Source: Gemmatimonadota bacterium
Lineage (GTDB): Bacteria > Gemmatimonadota > Gemmatimonadetes > Palauibacterales > Palauibacteraceae
Direction: 5' to 3'
Assembly: GCA_029861425.1 (NCBI GenBank)
Contig: JAOTZH010000003.1
Span: 1-46,660 of the forward strand
DNA: 46,660 nucleotides
This document shows positions 27,342 to 37,322 of this stretch, in pieces. Made by a program: the position numbers and the translations under genes. The notes below the pieces were generated by a model. The model saw only the letters and a list, made by a program, of their open reading frames with translations. It ran no database searches and was not told the origin of the DNA. Numbering within the stretch: position 1 is the stretch's first letter; each line of letters starts with the position of its first letter.

Positions 27342-28397
27342 ATGCCAATGCTAGCTCGAATCGGCTCGTTCGCCGTTCTGGACACCTGGAGCCTGCGGTT
27401 CATGGCCGTGTTCATGTACGGGGCCTTCCTCGTCTTCGCGGGGGCGGCCACGTATGTCGTCGTCGAAGGGTGGAGCTTCGCCGACAGCCTCTACATGTCC
27501 GTCATCACGCTCACGGCGGTCGGATACCAGGAGGTCCGCCCGCTGACTCCCAGCGGGCGGGTCGTGACGATGGCGATTCTCGCTCTGGGGATCACGTGGC
27601 TCGGGATCTGGTTCGCGCTCATCACCTCGTTCATCGTCGAGCTCGACGTTCGGAACTTTCTGCGAAAGCGCCGCATCATGAAGGAGATAGAATCGCTGTC
27701 AGGCCATGTCATCCTGTGTGGTGCGGGGCGGACCGGCATTCGAGTGATCGAGGAGCTGATGCCGACCCCGGAGACCCTGGTCGTCATCGAACACGACCAG
27801 GCTCAGATCCAGGCGGCTCGCGAGGTCGCGGGGGAGAAACTCCTGGTCGTCGAGGGAGACGCGAACCACGACTCGACTCTCCATCAGGCGGGCATCGAAC
27901 GGGCGTCGGGTCTGGTCGCTTCGCTCGGGCGTGACGAAGACAACGTCTACGTTTGCCTGTCCGCGCGAGCGCTCAACCCCGATCTGACGATCGTGGTTCG
28001 TGCCTACGAGGAAGAAAGCACGGAGAAGCTCTACCGGGCGGGAGCCGACCACGTCGTGAGCCCGAACGTTACCGGCGCGGTGCGCATGGCGTCGGTGCTG
28101 CTCCGACCCTCGGTGGTGTCCTTCCTCGACGTTGCGACCCGATCTCCCGAGATCGCTCTGCGGATCGAGCAGTCGACGGTGGGCCCTCGTTCGGGCTTGA
28201 ACGGGAAGACGCTCTTCGAAGCCGAGATTCGGGAGAACACGGGTCTGATGGTCATTGCCCTCAGGAAGAAAGAGGGCGCGGACGGCGAATTCGTCTTCAA
28301 CCCCGGCGCCGACACCCGGCTCGACGCGGGGGATGAGCTCATCGTCCTGGGCAAACCGGACCAGATCGAGACGCTCCAGGGATACGCCGAGGGGTAA
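27342..28397 (+). CDS. Potassium channel protein with TrkA-N/TrkA-C (RCK) domains
   Basis: 2TM pore with ITLTAVGY; H.ILCGAGRTG, GDA, AGADHVVSP, FNP....L..GD.LIVLG. Confidence 0.9.
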   Translation: MPMLARIGSFAVLDTWSLRFMAVFMYGAFLVFAGAATYVVVEGWSFADSLYMSVITLTAVGYQEVRPLTPSGRVVTMAILALGITWLGIWFALITSFIVELDVRNFLRKRRIMKEIESLSGHVILCGAGRTGIRVIEELMPTPETLVVIEHDQAQIQAAREVAGEKLLVVEGDANHDSTLHQAGIERASGLVASLGRDEDNVYVCLSARALNPDLTIVVRAYEEESTEKLYRAGADHVVSPNVTGAVRMASVLLRPSVVSFLDVATRSPEIALRIEQSTVGPRSGLNGKTLFEAEIRENTGLMVIALRKKEGADGEFVFNPGADTRLDAGDELIVLGKPDQIETLQGYAEG

Positions 28398-28424
28398 CCG
28401 TCCTCGAGAGGCCGGCGGCGAGAG

Positions 28425-29672
28425 TCAGGCGGCCGCCGGGCCGCCCCCGCTCAGGAGCGTCGTCAGGTGTGCGCTCAGGTCGGTCGCGTCGTCGGCCGCC
28501 CCGTCGATGAGGCTGGACTTCCGCCTTCGCTGAAACGGCAGCCCCATCACGTACACGCCCGGAGCTTCCACGACGCCCCCCTCGTGCTCGAGACGTCCCT
28601 TTCGATCGAACACGGGAAGGTCGATCCAGGAGTGATCCGGGCGGAAGCCCGTCGCCCACACGATCGTTCGGATCTCGCCGGACGCGAGGTCCATTCCGAG
28701 CGGCGGTGACGCGTCGACGCGCGTCGTCTCGAACCGTTGAGCCGGCTCCACGACGCTCTCGAGCGCGTTCTGCGCCACCCACTCGTCGATGGTGTTGAGC
28801 AGTCGGTTCATCTTCAGGTCCGCGAGGGACGCCAGGTTCGGTAGCGACCCCGAGAACTGAGCCTTTCCGCCCGTGATCCCGGCAAGCCGTCCGATCAACT
28901 TCACGCCGAGGTCGGTGAGCGAATTGAGGTCGACCGTCCGCCGGTCGTTCGATCCCGCGAGCTGCAGGGACGGGAGATTACGCACCCGCTCGAGGTTGTC
29001 GTATGCCTCATATCCCTCGTCGAGCACACCGCAGCGGTCCATCCACCACTTGATGTCGCGCCCGCGGTACACGCGAGGGACCCGTACGTGCTCGCCGACC
29101 GACAGCGTCACCTGACGGCCCGAGCGCTGTAGCTCCGCGGCGATCTGGGTGCCAGTCGATGAGGCGCCGACCACCATCACGCCGCCATCGGCGATCTGAT
29201 CCGGATTCCGATACTCCTTCGGGGTGATCTGCTCGATTCCCGTCGGGATCGCCACCGCCAGCGCGGGGACGTTCGGGACCGCGCACGCCCCGCTCGCGAC
29301 CACCACCGTCTTCGCCTGCCAGCCCCCCCGGTCGGTGTCGACCACGTACCCGCCGTTTCTGGCACGGACCGACGAAACGCTCGTGTGGGTTCGGATGGGC
29401 GCGGAGATCACCTCGGCGTAGCGCTCGATGAAGGAGATGGTCTCCGACATGTCCCGGAAGCCATCCGGGTCATCCCCTTCGTAACCGAAGCCGGGGAGCC
29501 GGCTCTGCCAGTTGGGGGTGAGCAGGCGGAGCGAATCCCACCGTTCCGTCTTCCACGTGTTCGCCACCTCGCCGCGCTCGAGGACCACGTGGTCGATCGA
29601 GCGTTCGGTGAGGCAGTGGCTCATCGCCAGTCCGGCGTGCCCCGCTCCAATGACGACCGTCGTCGTTCGCAT
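28425..29672 (-). CDS. Flavin-containing monooxygenase-like NAD(P)/FAD oxidoreductase
   Basis: IGAGHAG, W..ERWDSL.LLTP, VVGASSTG.QIA.EL, WATGF. Confidence 0.88.
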   Translation of the reverse strand: MRTTTVVIGAGHAGLAMSHCLTERSIDHVVLERGEVANTWKTERWDSLRLLTPNWQSRLPGFGYEGDDPDGFRDMSETISFIERYAEVISAPIRTHTSVSSVRARNGGYVVDTDRGGWQAKTVVVASGACAVPNVPALAVAIPTGIEQITPKEYRNPDQIADGGVMVVGASSTGTQIAAELQRSGRQVTLSVGEHVRVPRVYRGRDIKWWMDRCGVLDEGYEAYDNLERVRNLPSLQLAGSNDRRTVDLNSLTDLGVKLIGRLAGITGGKAQFSGSLPNLASLADLKMNRLLNTIDEWVAQNALESVVEPAQRFETTRVDASPPLGMDLASGEIRTIVWATGFRPDHSWIDLPVFDRKGRLEHEGGVVEAPGVYVMGLPFQRRRKSSLIDGAADDATDLSAHLTTLLSGGGPAAA

Positions 29673-29703
29673 CGAACTCGTCTCACGAATCCGGTCGGCT
29701 CGG

Positions 29704-30261
29704 CTAGTTGACCGAGACCGACACGTTGGTCGGGTTCGTGATGACGTCGTATACGGCGGAGCGCTTCTGCGACTGCGCGACCACGGCCGCGATGTCTTCC
29801 TCGCTCGCGTCCGCGTCGATGTCGTAGTGCACGTTGATCCCGTCGAAGCCGTTCCGCACCTCTCCGTCGATCCCGAGAATCCCCTGGAGGTCCATCCCGG
29901 CTTCCAGCGTGGCGGTGACCGAGCGGAGCTGGATGTCGCGATGCTGTGCGACGGAAGCGACGCCCGCTGTCAGGCAGCTTGCCAATGCCGCCAGAATGAG
30001 TTCGGTCGGTGTGGCACCTTTGTCTTCCGAGGCGAAGACCTCCGGGTGGTCTGCATCGAACGTGAACTCGGTGCGGTGCGCCTGCTCTTCGCCGAGTCCG
30101 AAGAAGCTCTTGACCGACGACCGACTGTGCGTCCCGTTGATCCACTTGCAGCTCGCCCGCCACTTGAACTGTGCCGCCTCGGGGGCTTCGGTCAGGGCCT
30201 CGCGGGCCCCCAGCAGGGCTTCGACATCGACGCCGTTGTCGACGGGGGTAGCGGTCTCCAT
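29704..30261 (-). CDS. OsmC family protein (single conserved Cys)
   Basis: NGVDV..L, AQFKWRA, DHPE.F...D...TP.E..LAALASCLT, S.VYD...NPT; GGAGGA RBS. Confidence 0.88.
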   Translation of the reverse strand: METATPVDNGVDVEALLGAREALTEAPEAAQFKWRASCKWINGTHSRSSVKSFFGLGEEQAHRTEFTFDADHPEVFASEDKGATPTELILAALASCLTAGVASVAQHRDIQLRSVTATLEAGMDLQGILGIDGEVRNGFDGINVHYDIDADASEEDIAAVVAQSQKRSAVYDVITNPTNVSVSVN

Positions 30262-30423
30262 CGGATCCTCCTCCGTATTTGCTCGTTCATGAGCGGGCTC
30301 GCACACTAGTCACCGGCCGTCCGACGCGGCAACGTCCCGGCGCTCAGCCAATCCGTCGCTTGTCGCCCTGGTCCGACGAGCCGCATCATCCGGTACATCC
30401 CACATAACAGGAAAGGTAGGGAA

Positions 30424-31587
30424 TTGGGCTCACCGTTCTCCCGAGTTCGCTACGACGTGGTCATTGCGGGCGCCCGGTGCGCTGGAGCGTCAACGGCGAT
30501 GTTGCTTGCCAAGCGCGGGCTTCGGGTCCTGGCGGTAGATCCGGTCGCCTACGGTCGAGACACCCTGTCCACGCACGCGATGATGCGGGGTGGGGTGCTT
30601 CAGCTTCACCGCTGGGGACTGCTCGACCGGGTGCGCGCGGCCGGAACGCCGCCGATCGCCAGCACCACATTCCACTACGGTGGTGAGTCCGTGCGCGTCG
30701 AGATCAAGGAGCGCGACGGCGTCGATCGACTGTTCGCCCCGAGACGGACGGTCCTCGATCCCATCCTCGTGGACGCGGCGAGAGAGGCCGGTGCCGAGGT
30801 CGTGTACGGCCAGTCACTGGTCGATCTCCTGCGCGACGACGAGGGTCGAGTGGTCGGTGCGCGAATGTCCGGTCCGGACCGGGAGGTCACGGATGTCACG
30901 GCCGATCTCGTGATCGGGGCCGACGGCATGCGGTCCAGGGTCGCCCGCATCCTCGGTCTCGAGGCAGACTACACCGCCCCGCATGCCGCGTGCTCGATTT
31001 ACGGCTACTGGCCGGACGTCGCTCTCGAAGGAAATCACTGGTTCTACGAGGCCGACGTCAGCATCGGAACGATCCCCACGAACGATGACGAAACGTGTGT
31101 TTTCGCTCTGATCCCGCGCACCCGCTTTGCCGCGCGAGGCGAGAGAACGACGGGGGAGCTTCACCTCGAAGCACTCCGAGCGGTCTCACCCGATCTCGGG
31201 GACGACATCGCATCTCGGACGGACACGGTCAAAGTCCGCACGTTCGCAGGAGCGCCGGGGTTTCTCCGGCCGGCGGCCGGCCCGGGTTGGGCGCTCGTGG
31301 GCGACGCCGGCTATTTTCGCGATCCGATCACGGCACACGGGATCACCGACGCCCTGCGGGAGGCGGAGCTACTCGCTCGGGCGATCACCGGGAACGGTTC
31401 CGGCGACCTGTCGCACTATCAGGCCGGGCGGGACGCCCGGGTGAAAGGGCTCCTGGACGTGACCGACCGGCTCGCATCGTTCGATTGGACAATGGACGAG
31501 GTGCAGGAGCTCCACCTGGAGCTCACGCGGCAGATGAACGCCCAGGTCGCCGTGCTGACGGCTGGAGGAGAGCCTCACCAGCCGTGA
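30424..31587 (+). CDS. FAD-dependent oxidoreductase (geranylgeranyl-reductase/monooxygenase-like)
   Basis: DVVIAGARCAG, DTLSTH, PRRTVLD..L, IGADG, GWALVGDAG...DP..AHGITDA. Confidence 0.88.
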   Translation: MGSPFSRVRYDVVIAGARCAGASTAMLLAKRGLRVLAVDPVAYGRDTLSTHAMMRGGVLQLHRWGLLDRVRAAGTPPIASTTFHYGGESVRVEIKERDGVDRLFAPRRTVLDPILVDAAREAGAEVVYGQSLVDLLRDDEGRVVGARMSGPDREVTDVTADLVIGADGMRSRVARILGLEADYTAPHAACSIYGYWPDVALEGNHWFYEADVSIGTIPTNDDETCVFALIPRTRFAARGERTTGELHLEALRAVSPDLGDDIASRTDTVKVRTFAGAPGFLRPAAGPGWALVGDAGYFRDPITAHGITDALREAELLARAITGNGSGDLSHYQAGRDARVKGLLDVTDRLASFDWTMDEVQELHLELTRQMNAQVAVLTAGGEPHQP

Positions 31588-31609
31588 AAGACGCTGCGCC
31601 GAAAACTCT

Positions 31610-32869
31610 TCAGCGACCCTCCGTTTGGCTCGATCCTCGCCCCACCTCGAGACGCACGATGTACTGCACATCGAGGTCGTCTCTCCACACGCCGTAGATC
31701 CGGTCGCCGACGAACGTCCTCGGCTGAAAACGCGGAGGCATCTCGACCACGCCGAGGTAGCGGCCCTCCGCGTCGAACACGTCCCATCCCGGCGCCCCGA
31801 AGTCCTCGATGAAGTTGTACCGCTCGATCTCTTCGTCGGAGAGGTCGGCAGGGGACTGGACCGGTTGCACCCACATCGAACCGTCCGGGCCCAGCCGCAG
31901 CATGTAGAACGCCGGGAAGAACTCGGCGAACCCGACGCGGCGGTGGTTCTCGGCGATGCCCGCCGGCGTCACGCCGATGTCCGTCCACCGGCGATCGAGA
32001 TAGATGAACAGCGCCCGAATGTCACGCTCCCCGATCGGCCTCGGCTCATGCGCCTTCGAAACAATACGCCGGATGTTTCCGTGGCGATCGTGGAACATGA
32101 TTCGGTACTCGCTGTTCACGGCGTAGAGAACGGTGAGCGAGTCGCTGAGGATCCAGGTCGGTTCCGGCGTGAAGAACTTGAGACCGCCTTCCTGGAACAA
32201 CCCGCCGGACGGTACGACGAGCAGGGTGTCTCCGAACTCGCCCGAGGTCTCGACGACCCGAATGACGTCGCTCGAGTTGGCGAGCGGGTCCCTTGGTGTG
32301 CCGGGACGGACCTGGACGGCGCCTTCTTTCGAGGTCGGATCCCAGATGAAGTTCAGCGGTCGTCCGAGATCGAGGTCGACGCGCGCACTCGCCCCCGGGC
32401 TCCCGTCAGGGAGAAACCGGTTGATGCGCTGATTCGCGAGGTCAGGGACGAGCAGCGTGTCCCCTTGTGTGATCAGGATCTGCATGACGCCCGGAGCGAA
32501 CTGACCGGGACCGGAGCCGGGCGCGCCGAGCGTGTGGATGAACTCCCCGTCGGGGGAGAAGACCCGCACCTCGCTGGCCTGCCGGTCCGAGACGAAGATC
32601 TCGCCCTTCGAGTTGACGCCGACGGAGCCGACCTGGCCGAACTGGTAGTCAGGGTCGCCGCCCGCCGCCCCGATCCGGAGATCCTCGACGACCGTCCACC
32701 TCTCGTCTTCGCGCCACAGTCCCCGGTTGGAGTTCGCCACGACGACGACCCCGGCGCTGTCCGAGACGACGCCGGACCAGCCGGTGTTGCTTTCGTTACG
32801 ATCGCCCGGGGAGCAGGCGGTCGAGGTCGCGAGGATGATCCCCGCGAATAGGAGTCGGGACCGCGTCAA
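31610..32869 (-). CDS. 6-bladed beta-propeller lipoprotein (TolB/NHL-like)
   Basis: TTG start, lipobox STAC; DSAGV..V.N, IFVSD...EVRVF, G.PG.GPG.F, WDVFD..GRYLG, D.LDVQYIVR. Confidence 0.8.
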   Translation of the reverse strand: MTRSRLLFAGIILATSTACSPGDRNESNTGWSGVVSDSAGVVVVANSNRGLWREDERWTVVEDLRIGAAGGDPDYQFGQVGSVGVNSKGEIFVSDRQASEVRVFSPDGEFIHTLGAPGSGPGQFAPGVMQILITQGDTLLVPDLANQRINRFLPDGSPGASARVDLDLGRPLNFIWDPTSKEGAVQVRPGTPRDPLANSSDVIRVVETSGEFGDTLLVVPSGGLFQEGGLKFFTPEPTWILSDSLTVLYAVNSEYRIMFHDRHGNIRRIVSKAHEPRPIGERDIRALFIYLDRRWTDIGVTPAGIAENHRRVGFAEFFPAFYMLRLGPDGSMWVQPVQSPADLSDEEIERYNFIEDFGAPGWDVFDAEGRYLGVVEMPPRFQPRTFVGDRIYGVWRDDLDVQYIVRLEVGRGSSQTEGR

Positions 32870-33672
32870 TCCCGCTCGCCTGAGGACGTCGCGAGCGCAG
32901 GGGGCGGGGTCACATGGAACGCCTTCACCGCCTCCACGATCCCTAGCGCCGCGCGCTCCTGCTCGTCGACGATCACGCGTCGGTCCGTCGGGCTCGTGAG
33001 AAAACCCGTCTCCAGGATCACGGCGATGGTCATCGGGTGCAGCGCGTGCTCGTACCGGCGGTAGTTGAACGCGTAGTAGTTCTGCATCCGGTACGTCGTG
33101 GTCGGGAGCCGCCTGAGACCGGTCGCCTCTCCGTACGTGTCCCTCAACAGCTCCGCGATTCCGGAGGCGCGGCCGGTCGCATCGCGTCGCGGTGCGGCGA
33201 CTCGATACCCGGAGGCCGCCGGATTGTCGCTTCCGTCCGCGTGGATCGCGACGAACAGGTGCGCCCGGTAGTCGGGCGGGATGACGGCTGGCAGGATGTC
33301 CACCTCGTAGCCGAGCTCGATCAGTTGGGCGGCCGCCACCTGAGCGATCTCGAGGTTCACCTCCCACTCGGCGGTCTCACGCCACCGGGTTCCGTTGTCC
33401 TTGAGGCCCGACAGCTCGCCTGGCGCCTCGTGCGCCCGCCAGTGCCCCGCCTGGAGCGCGATCTTGACGGGGCCTTCCGGAGCCCTCCATTCGGCCGGTG
33501 TCGGGATCGGGCCGGGATACCGGTTGTAGTTCCGCCACCGTCGGCGTCGCGACGAACTCGTCTCGGTTGTCGAGCGACGGTCGACGGACCGGTTCTCTTG
33601 AGCGACCACGGGGGTGGGCATCCGCACGTCCGCGGCGAGTATGAGAAGCAGTGCGAGGCCGGTCGCTCTCAA
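32866..33672 (-). CDS. N-acetylmuramoyl-L-alanine amidase (Amidase_3)
   Basis: LQAGH, E..VNL.IA, AIHADG, ILETGFLT...D zinc-amidase motifs; signal peptide; GGAGG RBS before TTG. Confidence 0.88.
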   Translation of the reverse strand: MRATGLALLLILAADVRMPTPVVAQENRSVDRRSTTETSSSRRRRWRNYNRYPGPIPTPAEWRAPEGPVKIALQAGHWRAHEAPGELSGLKDNGTRWRETAEWEVNLEIAQVAAAQLIELGYEVDILPAVIPPDYRAHLFVAIHADGSDNPAASGYRVAAPRRDATGRASGIAELLRDTYGEATGLRRLPTTTYRMQNYYAFNYRRYEHALHPMTIAVILETGFLTSPTDRRVIVDEQERAALGIVEAVKAFHVTPPPALATSSGERD

Positions 33673-33873
33673 CCGTCCCTCCCCTTTGAAACGGCAACAT
33701 CGGAAGTGGGGCGGGGGGCGCCCCAACGAACAACGGACGATGACGCTACTCGCGTGCCAAGACGGCGGCAACGGGCCGGAGACTCAATCGACCCTTACGT
33801 CTTGCCCACGCCCCTCGTGGTCTCGACCTTCGCTTCGTCCCCCCCGCGCAACGTTTGATGGAGATCGCAACGC

Positions 33874-35598
33874 ATGCTGGGTGCTTCGGGCCTTCGGGCA
33901 AGATGGCTGACCGCCCTCGTCCTGGGCCCTCTGCCGTTCGTGTGGGGCTGCGCATCCGAGGCCCCGGACTCTGTCGGGTCGGGCGCGCCCGCGGAGATCG
34001 CGGCGGTAGATACGATCTTCGCCCGGTTCGACGGAGCCGAGACCCCGGGGTGCGCGGTAGCGGCTTCAGTCGACGGGGAGGAGGTCCTGGCCCGCGCCTT
34101 CGGGCAGTCGACGCTCGAGTTCGACGTTCCGAACACGACGACCACCGTCTTCGAAGCCGGGTCCGTGTCCAAACAGCTCGTAAGCGCCGCGACCGTCCTG
34201 CTTGCGGTCGACGACCGCATCTCGCTCGACGACGACATCCGCGACTACTTCCCCGAGATCCCGGACTACGGGGAAGTCATCACCGTTCGCGATCTGATCA
34301 ACCACACCAGCGGCCTGCGGGACTGGGGAGTCATCGCCGGCATCCATGGATGGCAGCGGACCACGCGACGGCACACGCACACCCACACGCTCGACATCGC
34401 CGGCCGCCAATCCGTCCTCAACTACCCGCCGGGACAGTTCTACTCGTACACGAACACCGGCTACAACCTCCTGGCGGTGCTCGTCGAGCGCGTCACCGGC
34501 CGGTCGCTCGACGACTTCTCCCGCGAGCGGATCTTCGAGCCGCTCGGCATGACACAGACCGAGTGGCGTGACGACTACACGGAGATCGTGCCGGACCGCG
34601 CCACGGCGTACAGACGGACGGCCGACGGGGCCTTCCATCAGCTGATGCCGTTCGAGGACATCTACGGGAATGGCGGTCTTCTGACGACGCCGAGCGATCT
34701 TCTCCGCTTCACTCACAATCTCGAGACGGCGGAGGTCGGCGGCCCGCTCTTCGTGGAAGAGATGCACCGACAGGGCGTCCTCGACTCGGGACGTCAGATC
34801 AAGTACGCCGGAGCAGTGATCCACGGGGAGCATCGTGGCGTCCGTGAGGTCCATCACGCCGGCGCCACGGCCGGGTATGGGGCCTTTCTCACGCGCTTCC
34901 CGGAGGAGGGGGTCGCGGTCGCGGTGATGTGTAACGTGGCCGGGGCGAACCCACGAGGGCTCGCGCACGAGGTCGCGGACCTTCTTCTCGGCGACGCGAT
35001 CGACGATGCCGTGCCGGCCGGGATGAGCGGTCCTCCCGTCGGGTTGGGCGCCGACGAGCTGGAATCGCTCGCGGGGGGGTACCGCGATGCCTACTCGGGC
35101 GGCTTCTGGGAGATCGAAGCCGGGGATGGGCGGCTACTCCTGAACGGCGTCCCACTCAGACCCGTCAGTGACACGCGCTTCGAGGGGCCGAGCGATTACG
35201 TGCTCGAGTTCGAGAGTCCGCCGGCCGAAGAGGGACGCCCCGTGGGAATGCTCTACTCTCAGGTGCTCGATCGGGCCACGCTCGAGCCCGTGGAGCTGTC
35301 CGAGCCCGGGCCGGCGCGATTGCGGGAATACGTCGGGACGTACCGGAGCGACGATGCCGAAGTCACGTACCGGATCGAGCTCGATGGCGAGCAGCTCGTC
35401 TCGCGGCAGCGCTACGACGTCAACATGGCGCTGCGTCCCGCGTACGAGGACGCGTTCACCGGCTGGTCCGCGATTACCGAGACGCCGGCCCGCTCCGGAT
35501 CGACATTCATCTTCCGAAGAGACGCAGCGGGTCGGGTGACCGGGTTCAGCATGAGCCGTGGCCGCGTGTGGAACCTGCGCTTCGAGCGCGTCCCTTGA
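33874..35598 (+). CDS. Serine hydrolase, beta-lactamase/AmpC-like lipoprotein
   Basis: GSVSK (SxxK), HTSGL, YTN, EPLGM, HAG motif; Cys after signal region. Confidence 0.9.
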   Translation: MLGASGLRARWLTALVLGPLPFVWGCASEAPDSVGSGAPAEIAAVDTIFARFDGAETPGCAVAASVDGEEVLARAFGQSTLEFDVPNTTTTVFEAGSVSKQLVSAATVLLAVDDRISLDDDIRDYFPEIPDYGEVITVRDLINHTSGLRDWGVIAGIHGWQRTTRRHTHTHTLDIAGRQSVLNYPPGQFYSYTNTGYNLLAVLVERVTGRSLDDFSRERIFEPLGMTQTEWRDDYTEIVPDRATAYRRTADGAFHQLMPFEDIYGNGGLLTTPSDLLRFTHNLETAEVGGPLFVEEMHRQGVLDSGRQIKYAGAVIHGEHRGVREVHHAGATAGYGAFLTRFPEEGVAVAVMCNVAGANPRGLAHEVADLLLGDAIDDAVPAGMSGPPVGLGADELESLAGGYRDAYSGGFWEIEAGDGRLLLNGVPLRPVSDTRFEGPSDYVLEFESPPAEEGRPVGMLYSQVLDRATLEPVELSEPGPARLREYVGTYRSDDAEVTYRIELDGEQLVSRQRYDVNMALRPAYEDAFTGWSAITETPARSGSTFIFRRDAAGRVTGFSMSRGRVWNLRFERVP

Positions 35599-37322
35599 CC
35601 GGGCGCGATCGGCCGACCACGCGCGACGCGCGACCGCTCCTGGGCCGCGGGCTCGTCGCATCCGTGTCGCTCATCGCGGCAACCGCCGTCGGGTGTTCCG
35701 AGACGGCGCCCGCGGACCTCGACGCGCCGGGCGACCGGGTCGCGACGACGGCGCTCGAGGGCACATCAGGCGGCCCGCGGATCGCCGCACAGGCGGCGTT
35801 CGACGTCCGCTTCTACGACCTGACGGTCCGGGTCGAGCCCGCCGACTCGACAATCATGGGACGGATGGACGCGACCGTCACCGCCCTGGAAGTCCTCGAT
35901 GAGGTCGTGCTGCACCTCGACAGCCGACTAACGGTCACGACGGCCGGGCCTGTCGCGGAGGGGGAATTCAGGCCGACCGACTTTCGTCACGAAGATGGGT
36001 TGCTCTCCGTCCCGATCGGGCGGGAAATGGCGCCCGGCGAGGATGTCGAGGTGCGGATCGACTACGGTGGACGACCGCTGGTCTCCGAGGCGGTCACGTC
36101 CTGGGCCGATGGCTTCTACTGGCGGGAGACCGCGACCGGTGAGCCGTGGATCGGCGTCGTGTCGGTCCTTCAGGGTGGTGACCTGTGGTGGCCGGCGGTG
36201 GATCACCCGGCGGACGAGCCGGACTCCATGGCGATCCGCGTGCGGGTCGCCGACCCCGTCCTGGTCGCCGCCAACGGGACTCTCCGGCGCGTAGAGTCGC
36301 ACGGTGACGGGACGTCCACACACCACTGGTTCGTCTCGACTCCGATCAACAACTACGCGGTCTCGATCAACATCGGCCCGTACGAAGTGCTCGAGACCAC
36401 CTATGAAAGCGTTTCCGGTGAGGAGTTTCCGTTCCAGTTCTGGGTGCTCCCGGAGAGTCTCGACGACGGCCGCCGCCTGTTCGAGCAGATGCCTCGGGAC
36501 ATGGCGTTCTTCGAGGAGCTGCTGGGCCCGTACCCGTTCCGAGGCGACAAGTACGCTCTCGTCCACACGCCGTACATCGCGATGGAGCACCAGTCGGCGA
36601 TCGCGTATGGGTCCGATTTTCGAAACAACGACTTCGGGTTCGACTTCTATCACTTCCACGAGCTGGCGCACGAATGGTGGGCCAACAAGCTCACCGCGCG
36701 AGATTGGCGCGACTGGTGGCTTCATGAAGGGTTCGCGACCTACATGGAGGCGCTCTATGCGGAACAGTTGGGTGGCCCCGAGGCCTATCACGAGTATGTG
36801 TCGGCCTGGCGACCGCGCATCGCGAACGCGAGTCCGGTCGTCCCGGGCCCGGACGCCACGACGCACGACGCCTACACGGGCGACATCTACCGGAAGGGTG
36901 CGGCTGTCCTCCACACGCTCCGGTACCTGATCGGTCGCGACGCGCTCGTGGAGGTATTCCGCCGTATGCATGACCGACCGGCGGATCCGGGCGGCGAGGC
37001 GTGCGGGTGCCGATCGATCGATACCGGCGAGCTCGTGGACACGATCCGGGAGGTGGCCGGTACCGACGTGACGCGCATTCTCGCCGTCTACCTGCGCGAG
37101 TCGGCCCTGCCGGAGCTCGAGGTATCGCCGTCGGCGGCCGGGCTCGAGCTTCGCTGGAGCACCGAGGGCAACGAGCCCTTCGATCTGCCGGTCGAGGTTC
37201 GTGTGGACGGATACGTGCAGCGGATCCCCATGACGGGCGGGGTCGGCACCCTCGAGGTTCCCGAGGGCGCCGCGGTGGAGATCGATCCGGAAGCGTGGAT
37301 CCTGATGAGCTCGGGCGGTTAA
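35595..37322 (+). CDS. M1 family zinc aminopeptidase (lipoprotein)
   Basis: AMEH, HELAHEWW..., WLHEGFATY, IYRKGA; lipobox AVGC; TTG overlaps upstream TGA. Confidence 0.92.
   Translation: MTGRDRPTTRDARPLLGRGLVASVSLIAATAVGCSETAPADLDAPGDRVATTALEGTSGGPRIAAQAAFDVRFYDLTVRVEPADSTIMGRMDATVTALEVLDEVVLHLDSRLTVTTAGPVAEGEFRPTDFRHEDGLLSVPIGREMAPGEDVEVRIDYGGRPLVSEAVTSWADGFYWRETATGEPWIGVVSVLQGGDLWWPAVDHPADEPDSMAIRVRVADPVLVAANGTLRRVESHGDGTSTHHWFVSTPINNYAVSINIGPYEVLETTYESVSGEEFPFQFWVLPESLDDGRRLFEQMPRDMAFFEELLGPYPFRGDKYALVHTPYIAMEHQSAIAYGSDFRNNDFGFDFYHFHELAHEWWANKLTARDWRDWWLHEGFATYMEALYAEQLGGPEAYHEYVSAWRPRIANASPVVPGPDATTHDAYTGDIYRKGAAVLHTLRYLIGRDALVEVFRRMHDRPADPGGEACGCRSIDTGELVDTIREVAGTDVTRILAVYLRESALPELEVSPSAAGLELRWSTEGNEPFDLPVEVRVDGYVQRIPMTGGVGTLEVPEGAAVEIDPEAWILMSSGG

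Noticed and set aside
33874-35598. Antibiotic-resistance beta-lactamase
   Set aside because: SxxK/YxN/HxG motifs with long C-terminal domains and coupling to an M1 peptidase fit a peptidase/esterase-type serine hydrolase better
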